Positions 38,565 through 47,286 of a stretch of 47,286 nt of DNA are shown piece after piece. The position numbers were made by a program, and so were the translations under genes. Source of the DNA: Octopus sinensis (lineage: Eukaryota). Location: contig NW_021834521.1 of assembly GCF_006345805.1 (NCBI RefSeq), positions 1 through 47,286 on the forward strand, given 5' to 3'. Each line of letters begins with the position of its first letter. Positions within the stretch are counted from its first letter, which is position 1. A model generated the notes under the pieces. The model saw only the letters and a list, made by a program, of their open reading frames with translations, was not told where the DNA came from and searched no databases.

Positions 38565-40376
38565 CTTCATATCTTCTTCCAGAACTCTTCTATTTCCTCA
38601 GTCTTAGGTGGTTCCTTTACTTCTATCGTACTTTTGCCAATTTTCTTATAAAATTTCTTTGCATTCGTCTCGAATACATTGGTTTGTCGATAACATTTTA
38701 TTCTTTTATCATACATTGAAACCCGTTGGGCTTTCAGCTGTATTTGCTGTTTCATTAGTTCCTTGGTTGCAGGGAGGTTTATAAAATCTTTGATCTTATA
38801 TTTTTGCTTAATTTTTCTAATGCGTTTTGCCCTAACACTTACTCCTCACGCAAATTCATTGAGAACTGATACATCCGCCCGCAGAGACTCAATGCCGTTT
38901 TTGTATTACTACTTTCCATTTAGGAAGTCTATTGACATCGTTGGTCCTTTTCCATATCGTCCTGATAACTAGTTGAGCAGTTACAACTTTAGAAGTGGAA
39001 TAGATGAGGTTATTTAAGGTTGTTAGGTCATTTCCCTTATTTCTTAAGATCTGTCTAAGACCAACATTATATATCATGATTATGTTGTTGCTTTTTATGC
39101 TATTTGAGAGCTTTGGTAACGGTTCTCTATTGACCATGTTAGTAAACACAGTCTTGCTAAGTTCTCTCATAATATCTTGCTTTGCTTCTATGACCTCTTT
39201 ATTTTTCACCTCAAATTCTGTGTCATATCTATTTTGGTGTTCTTGGGGTAGATCTACTTTCTCCTCTTTTTCAGCATATTTGTTTTTCGTTATTCTTTCT
39301 TCAGTTTCTTCGTTGGGATCTACTATTCATACACTGGGCTCTGTGCATCTGTTACCTATTTCATTTACATTGTTGCTGATTTCATTTGATATTTGTATCT
39401 CTCCCATGAGATATTTGTGTCCTAATTTGGCTAATTTCAGTGTCAGTTAACTTTTTATTCTTAATGATGTCTCTACATACACTACTTTATTTATTTGCAT
39501 CTATATATCTGCCTACTAAGTTTCTCCATCAAATGTATGTGTGTATAGTGAGGTTATTGTCAGAGGTTAGCTGGGCTGTATAGAAAGTATTCGACATATC
39601 TCTATAATCCTCTCTAGTCCGTTTTATGCGTTTTGCTTTAGGTGATGTTTTTGGTGGCGTCACTACAGGTCTAGGGTTAGGGTTATCCTGCTTCTGGGTA
39701 CCTGATAGTTCGTTTTTTTTTTATTTTGAGAGTTTGTTCCAGCATCAGACCTTTCGATCCCAGTCTGGTTCCCCACTTGGTAACATAGTCCTTGTCTCGG
39801 GCGATGACCGATCCGGCATGAATTTGAGCTTGTCATTAAAGCTTTGACGGAGACAATAGTAGACGGGTCTGTTTGTTCAGAGTTGACTTCTTGACATGAC
39901 ACCGCTTCCTTGTTCTTTGAATGGATACATTTGTCATATAGTTGGCTAATAGATCGAAAATCGCCTTTTTTTTTTGTGGAAGCTATGTTTCCAGGAATAA
40001 CTGTTTAGCGAAGTTTCAAAGTGAGTAACTGAGAAGTGGCTTTATTTTTGTTTGGTTCGGCGTCGCTCGTGACAAGTGTTTTTCTTTTATTATTGTGTAA
40101 GCATGTAACTGGTGTATTTTTCCAGGCTTCCTGGTACTAGTTTCGACTTCTTGCGTATATCGCATTGAGATACCGTGCATTCAAGAAAGAAACTAGACTT
40201 TATATAACAAAAATATTTGCGATGTTTTAGTTCCCTTGTTTTTACAGGACTTTTTCCATAGTTGTGTTGCAAAGTTTTCCTTCCATCGCACCGATGTTAT
40301 TGGATTAAGTTTATTTTGTAGAGAGAGCTTCTTAGTGTACATCCATGTTTTTATTTAGCCCAGAGTTAATTTGTGA
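36038..40376 (-). mobile_element. Near full-length R4/Dong-type RLE retrotransposon, pseudogenised (5' boundary uncertain, 39950-40376)
   Basis: N-terminal KRTREDYR..YIDANK..DIIKNKKLTD; RT AWIDYRKAFD, GIFQGDSL, YMDDLKLFA; CCHC knuckle remnant CRF..ETID..SGC; RLE NRPDIII..DVSVP..KYKDL; 3' (AAC)n tail; stops, frameshifts and a (TA)n insertion at ~38510-38565. Confidence 0.93.
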
Positions 40377-40389
40377 ATTATTATTATTA

Positions 40390-40428
<39 letters not shown>

Positions 40429-40444
40429 TATTATTATTATTATT

Positions 40445-40878
40445 CAGTAGTTTTATTTTTTTATAGCGTGCTTTCACTTCACTACCGAGCGCAGCTCTGT
40501 GTGCCTTGGGTATGTGTTGTGATTTGTTGTGGTGCTCTGATGGTTATTGTATGGAAAGTGTTCTGCATAGGATGTGTGCAGTGCCTAGTAGTGCAATTTT
40601 CTGTATGTTATATGTGTTGTAATCCTGTGTTTTTGTTTGTATGTATTTGTCTGAATTTTTTATCATGCCTAATGCACCTACTATGATAGGAATTGTTTCT
40701 GTTTTTAGATTCCACATTCTGGTTACCTCTATTTCCAGGTCTTTGTATTTTGAGAGTTTCTCCATTTCTTTTAGAGACACGTTGTCATCTGCCGGTATTG
40801 ATACATCAATTAGAAAGCATTTTTTTCTTCATGATCTCTGACAACTATATCTGGTTCGTTGGCCTTAATTTCTTTATC

Positions 40879-40880
<2 letters not shown>
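40445..40880 (-). mobile_element. 5'-truncated R4/Dong-type copy inside a (TAA)n tract
   Basis: DKEIKANEPDIVVRD..KYKDLEIEVTRMWNLKTETIPIIVGALG..HILCRTLSIQ plus 3' UTR; (TTA)n on the plus strand at ~40378-40444 and ~40879-40938. Confidence 0.93.
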
Positions 40881-40941
<61 letters not shown>

Positions 40942-41605
40942 CATACAGACACAATGGGTTGACAAACGAAATATAAAGGCACTCAAGGCATTCATTAGGT
41001 GTTATGTATATTATACATGAGTCTGAACGAGCTGCATTTCTGTAAGAAGCTCGCGAAACTTTACGTAACATGGAGCCGAATCAAGCTGTTTTAAATTATA
41101 TATACATATGTGTGCGTATGTATATATGTGTGCGTATGTGTGTATGTTTATATGCATGCATGTGTATATAATATATATGAGTATGTATGTATGTATACAA
41201 ATATATATTTGTATTTTTCTGGAAGGCAAGAGAAGAATATATCAAAAGATTTCTGATTCCGAAACAAAACCGTAAATAGTCAACAACAATTTTACTGAAA
41301 AGAACTTTCACTATATGTAATAACATGTGCTTCAAAGCGTTAAGAACTGAAATCGGTTGCACATCTATAAAAGCAAAAGTCACACACATTTTGTGAAATC
41401 TATTCCCAAAGGTTGGTGCCTTTCGAATTTCTAAAAAGGTTCCTTTCTCAATCTTAACTCTTTGAGAAAAAAAATCTTCTCTCCAGATATATATATATAT
41501 AAAGTTAATCCAAACATGAAAACACAAAGAGAAAACACAACAACGCGAGGACGTGGAACAAGTATAGTGTTATTGGACGCTCAGGAAAGGAAAGAAAGAA
41601 GAAGG

Positions 41606-41640
41606 ATTTAGCGTTTCGAGCGGAGCTCTTCGTCAGAAAC
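41606..41640 (-). ncRNA. Minimal hammerhead motif with U16.1C substitution
   Basis: Minus: GTTT-CTGACGA-A-GAGC tcc GCTC-GAAA-CG-C-T-AAAT; stems I and II intact, ACGT reads ACGC. Confidence 0.65.
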
Positions 41641-42024
41641 ATAGGAAAAGGAAAGATCCAAGGAAAGGAAGAGGGAGGAAAAAAATCGCCAACGATACAC
41701 ACGCGGTCACAATACATATATATATACAAAGTGAGAGAGATTGATAGATAGATAGATAAAGTAGGCTGGTAGGTATACCAGTTTAAAATCATTTAGTTAG
41801 ATGTATATAAACGGATAAGTTTGTAGATGTAGGTAGTCAAATATGTCAGTTAACTGGCAGGTGCGCACGTAGATATATATGTTCTCGTGTATGTTTTTAT
41901 GTACGTAAACGTGGATGTCTATGTCTGAACAACGGTATACACTTAAGTATGTGTGTTTGTGTGGAGATAAACAGATACATAGCGATATATAGATAGATAG
42001 TTAAATGAGTTTACTTGCTAGCTA

Positions 42025-42091
42025 AGTAGGTAGGTAGGTAGGTAAGTAGGTAGGTAGGTAGGTAGGTAGAGAAAGAGAGAGAGGGGGGAAG

Positions 42092-42164
<73 letters not shown>

Positions 42165-42251
42165 TACAGACAGATGGACAAATAGAGTGATATATACATG
42201 CATACATAGAGAGAGAGTGAGAGACAGACAAACAGACAGATACACAGACAC

Positions 42252-42330
<79 letters not shown>

Positions 42331-42367
42331 TTTAGATATATATTTAGATACATAGTTAGATAGATAA

Positions 42368-42437
<70 letters not shown>

Positions 42438-42520
42438 GGACAGACGGACAGACAGACAGACAGTCAGACAGACAGACAGATAGGCACGTACGTAGGGACG
42501 TAGGTAGACAGGTGTAGATA
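42025..42520. repeat. (AGGT)/(AGAT)/(AGAC)n compound tetranucleotide array
   Basis: Tetranucleotide runs. Confidence 0.97.
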
Positions 42521-42859
42521 GGTATGTTGATACATAAAATGTATTGAAAATTAAGGTCAATTTTGTCTGCTCGCTTTAATTGAGTTATAAAAGCCGTTCA
42601 TACATTTTGGTTACTGAACGTAATGGCACTAATTCGCCTCTTTCACCTTTCTTTCTTCAACCTTCTCTTTCTTCCTTCCATATTCTTTCCCTATTCTCTA
42701 TTTCCTCCACTCCTTTTTCGTCTCCTTCTTCGCAGCTCTCCTCAAACTCATTCCGTCCTCCCACATAATTTAGTTTCATTTTTATCGGGACCTAACTAGA
42801 TGATTCAAACTTTGATCAATTTCCTTTCCTAATTGATCTAATTTTGGTTGGTTCCCTTA

Positions 42860-43060
42860 ATTAGAGTAATTTCGGTTCAACATACATAGACGACGTTTAC
42901 TTCATCTTAAGACTCATTAATTACAGCAGAGAAATATCAAGATTTGTTTCATTAAAAACCTTCTGAAATTAAATTCGGCACGGATGTTCCCAAGACACGA
43001 ATTCGTAATAAGTAAATACGAAGACCGACCATTTTCTAGACATAATTCCATGTAGATGCT
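42860..43060 (+). mobile_element. Possible Penelope-like RT remnant
   Basis: TYIDDVYFIL, then frameshifted PSEIKF and IRRPT, echo PLE motifs RYVDD, HPSIKFT, YRKPT in the expected order. Confidence 0.4.
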
Positions 43061-43229
43061 GACCTAAAACATAGACAACATAAGAGAACGGAAAGACACA
43101 CATACACACACACACACACATATATATATATACATACACATACTCACACATGTGCAGTCACATATACACCAACGATCAAATGTACATTCGTTCAGATATT
43201 AAAAGTCAATACAGAGTTAGAGGGGTTGA

Positions 43230-43700
<471 letters not shown>

Positions 43701-44486
43701 TACATACATACATAGCCAAACATACATTCCTGGATACGCACAAACAGTTGTCTGAGATAGTTAGAGTCGGAGAGTGAGTGAAGGTGAGAGAAGGAGACAG
43801 AATGACACTGGTACACATATGTGCATCATCTATAGAAATAGATGGAAAGACATACAGATATATAGGGAAACTGATCGATATAGTCACACCACCGCACGCC
43901 TCCATTTCCGCAGTGACACACACCTGCACTAACAGACACATAAACGCATACACACAATCACATAAATACACATAAACGAAAACACCCTTGTAAATGCACA
44001 TACACACACATACACACTCACGTACACACATACAGATGTAAACATGTCACAAACTAACAAATACAGTTAAACACAAACACATATATACACAGAGATATAT
44101 GGACTTAGTCTGATATACGTTTGCTGCAAACTGACACACATTTTCGTTTATGTAGACGCAAGTGCACAAACACATATTAGCAAGCGTATATAGCACGTAT
44201 AGAGTTAATTAGGGGTGAAAATATTTAATTTAGAACGCAAAAAGTCTAATTAGAAATGCTGATGCATTTAGGAGAAGAGAGCAGTAAGCTAATGAATAAT
44301 ATCATTTTAACGATTGCAGTAAATGAGAGATACTAAACCGTGCATGTTTCGCTCTTATTAACCTTCAGCAGCGATAAATAGGCTTCATTCTCTTCTCTGT
44401 CGAAAAAATAAAAGATTATTCAGTTATTTAAATATATGCTTCCTTGTGTTTTATACGTATATATACATATATATATATATATATAT

Positions 44487-44573
<87 letters not shown>

Positions 44574-44727
44574 ATAATATATATATAATATATATATAAT
44601 ATAATATATATATTATATATATATATATGTATGTATGTATGTATGTATATGTATATGTATAAATACATACAGTGCTAACAATACAAACCGATATGCATGT
44701 AAATATACAAATCTATCTATCCATTTA

Positions 44728-44816
<89 letters not shown>

Positions 44817-44830
44817 TATATATATAATAT

Positions 44831-44940
44831 ATATACTTTATTTAAAACCAGCAGAAATATTAAAAAAAAGCTGTTACTCAGATTTTCACGTCCTGAGTAA
44901 CAGCTTTTGTTATATTGCTGCTGCTTTAAATAAAGCATAT
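44831..44940. other. ~110-nt imperfect hairpin (16-bp perfect inner stem, 11-nt loop)
   Basis: aaaagctgttactcag (44866-44881) / ctgagtaacagctttt (44893-44908); outer arms ctttatttaaa..cagcag.aatat pair imperfectly. Confidence 0.85.
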
Positions 44941-45120
44941 TACTCTACCTCTGGGTTTTGAGTACTTTTTCCACCTTGTTTCACATTTATGTGCTTGCTC
45001 TGGTGTATATATATAATATATCCAATTATAAATATGTGTGCGCATGCATATATATATAAATATATAATATATATATCTATATATAATATATATATATATA
45101 TACTATATATATTATATATA

Positions 45121-45195
<75 letters not shown>

Positions 45196-45196
45196 G

Positions 45197-45263
<67 letters not shown>

Positions 45264-45403
45264 GTGCAATCTCGAATATAACCAGCCCAAATTGAAAAGA
45301 TATCTGTAAATCGACTGAAGAAAGAAAACTCCGAATGTCACGTCCATGTTTTTTTGTAACGTCTGTCCGGATGTTTTGCGTTCTTGTCCCATTTTTGGTA
45401 TTC

Positions 45404-45446
<43 letters not shown>

Positions 45447-45582
45447 CATCCGCCCCAACGAATTTCCTGTAATATATCTACGGATAACAACAGGTATTCC
45501 AAACTGTACCGGTGCTTTACTCATCATCTATTTATACATTTTATATAATTTCTCCATTATATGTATATACACATATACATAT

Positions 45583-45981
45583 AGGCGCAGGCGTGGCTGT
45601 GTGGTAAGAAGCTTGCTTCCCAAGCACATGGTTCCGGATTCAGTCCCACTGCCTGGCACATTAGGCAAGGGTCTTCTACTATAGCCTCGGGCCGACCAAA
45701 GCCTTGTGAGTGGATTTGGTAGACGAAAACTAGAAAAAAACCCGTCGTATTTATATGTGTGCATATATTTATGTGTATATGCCTTTGTGTGTATGTTTGT
45801 TCCCACCCACCAGCGCTTGACAACCGATGTTGGTGTGTTTACGTTCCCGAGACCTAGCAGTTCGCTAAAAGTGACCGATAGAATGAGTACCAGGTTCAGA
45901 AAGAATAATTTCTGGGCTCGATTTCTTTGACTCGAAGGCGGTGCTCCAGCATGGCCGCAGTCAAAGGACTGAAACAAGTAA
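45583..45981 (+). mobile_element. Composite SINE A+B
   Basis: aggcgcaggcgtggctgtgtggtaag...; module B ending gcagtcaaaggactgaaacaagta. Confidence 0.93.
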
Positions 45982-46072
45982 CAGATTAAAACTAAAAAAG
46001 TAAAAGTGTATATTGGACCAGTGAACTCAAAACGGTTTGTTTCTCAATTTCTCTCCATTTGTTTCCTCTTGT

Positions 46073-46112
46073 TCCTTTCTGCTGAAGAGCGCAAACTCGA
46101 AACTTAAAAGGA
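46073..46112 (+). ncRNA. Degenerate minimal hammerhead motif
   Basis: TCCTTT-CTGCTGA-A-GAG cgcaaa CTC-GAAA-CT-T-A-AAAGGA; perfect 6-bp stem I; A6 reads C and ACGT reads ACTT. Confidence 0.5.
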
Positions 46113-47286
46113 TTTTCCATTTTTCCTGAGCGTGACACTAATACACTTGCATGTTTTTCCTATGCTTGTCTTTTTATTAATTTTCTATATTTATATTTCT
46201 ATATATATATAGTATTACATACATTTGAGAGGGATTATCAATATGTAGACAACCCTAATGCTAGAAGTAGATCCTCTATGATCTTACCACTAAAAAATGT
46301 TCTCTAGAAAATTTAGCAAACACCAGAAACGTAAGCGAGCAAGACAAACGAAAAGTAACAAAAATATAGATTAATCATAATGTTTCACTATTAACAGATT
46401 ACGTAATTTTACTTACGTAATTTGTCCGTAGATCTTCAGTATGATCGTCCACACAAATATAATTTGCAGAACTACACACCAGACGTCCGCACGAGGTCGA
46501 ACATGTATGTAGTTCTACCTATTACAGTTGTGGTTATTTTTCAAAAGTCCTGCAATTACGGCGTCCATAGCATATGGATATATGTCTGTGTATGTGCGCA
46601 TATGCACGTAACTATGGAGGGCTGTAAAGGTTTGTGTGTGTGTTGTGTGTGTGTGTGTGTGTGTGTGTAAATGCGTTGTTGCCGAGCGTCTCCGATTATG
46701 CCGACTTATGATCAAAGTCACCCCAATTATGTATACTTCATCTTCCAGTAGTCAACTATATTACCCACTAGAACGATATGGTTGGAAATTTAGCTATCAT
46801 TTCTAGAAGATTGAATAATGGCTTGCAAAATTGCGCATTGGCTCAAGCCTATATATGTGATTCGTCTATATCATATTTATTATGATGACGTATTTTCATG
46901 TTTCACAATATATTTAATTTCGCCCTATCATTAAATTTTTCATCAAACCAAACCAGTTTTTAAGCAATTATTTATGCGTAACTTGTTTCGCTTTTGTCCT
47001 CATTTCTACTTTATTTTCTTTATTTTTATTTCACATTCTATTCTCTTTGTATATTCTTCATAATCTTCCTCTCCCCCTTTCTCGTCTAAATGTTCCTCAT
47101 CGTCTTTTTCTTTTTCTTCTTCGTCTTTTACTTTTTCTTCTTCTAAAAGAATAACTATTGTTGATATTTCATTTACTCGTGTCCTTCTGGGTCGCTCACA
47201 TAGCTAATAAACTGCCTCTGACTTATTCTATGCAAAATCAGAAAAACAAAACCGGAATTTTAAAGAGAAAATCGTACAGCTGTTTT

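Noticed and set aside
44338-44380. Minus-strand CTGCTGA...GAAACATG hammerhead-like string
   Set aside because: Stem II pairs poorly, position 17 is G, and there is no stem I.

Overview
This is eukaryotic, AT-rich, very microsatellite-rich DNA. The SINE repertoire and the (TA)n/(AGAT)n/(AAT)n/(CAT)n density suggest a coleoid cephalopod such as Octopus (inference, not checked). No intact protein-coding gene can be assembled, and nearly all long ORFs in the track are translations of simple repeats. Supported content: about 20 tRNA-derived SINE copies from several modular families, three with clear target-site duplications. There are three R4/Dong-type RLE non-LTR retrotransposon pieces: one near full length, and one 5'-truncated copy sitting inside a (TAA)n tract in tandem with it. 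Also present are a multiply deleted L1/Tx1-type LINE, an internally deleted mariner, a hAT-type MITE, a TA-flanked foldback MITE, and decayed RTE- and Penelope-like RT remnants. The best leads are: (1) several minimal Penelope-type hammerhead ribozyme motifs, one lying 3' of a tRNA-derived Pol III head and an (AAT)n tract; (2) two adjacent Ly6/three-finger-like Cys motifs; (3) an orphan minus-strand exon candidate; (4) a roughly 110-nt hairpin. Translations, alignments and folds beyond the supplied ORF track were done by eye and need computational confirmation.
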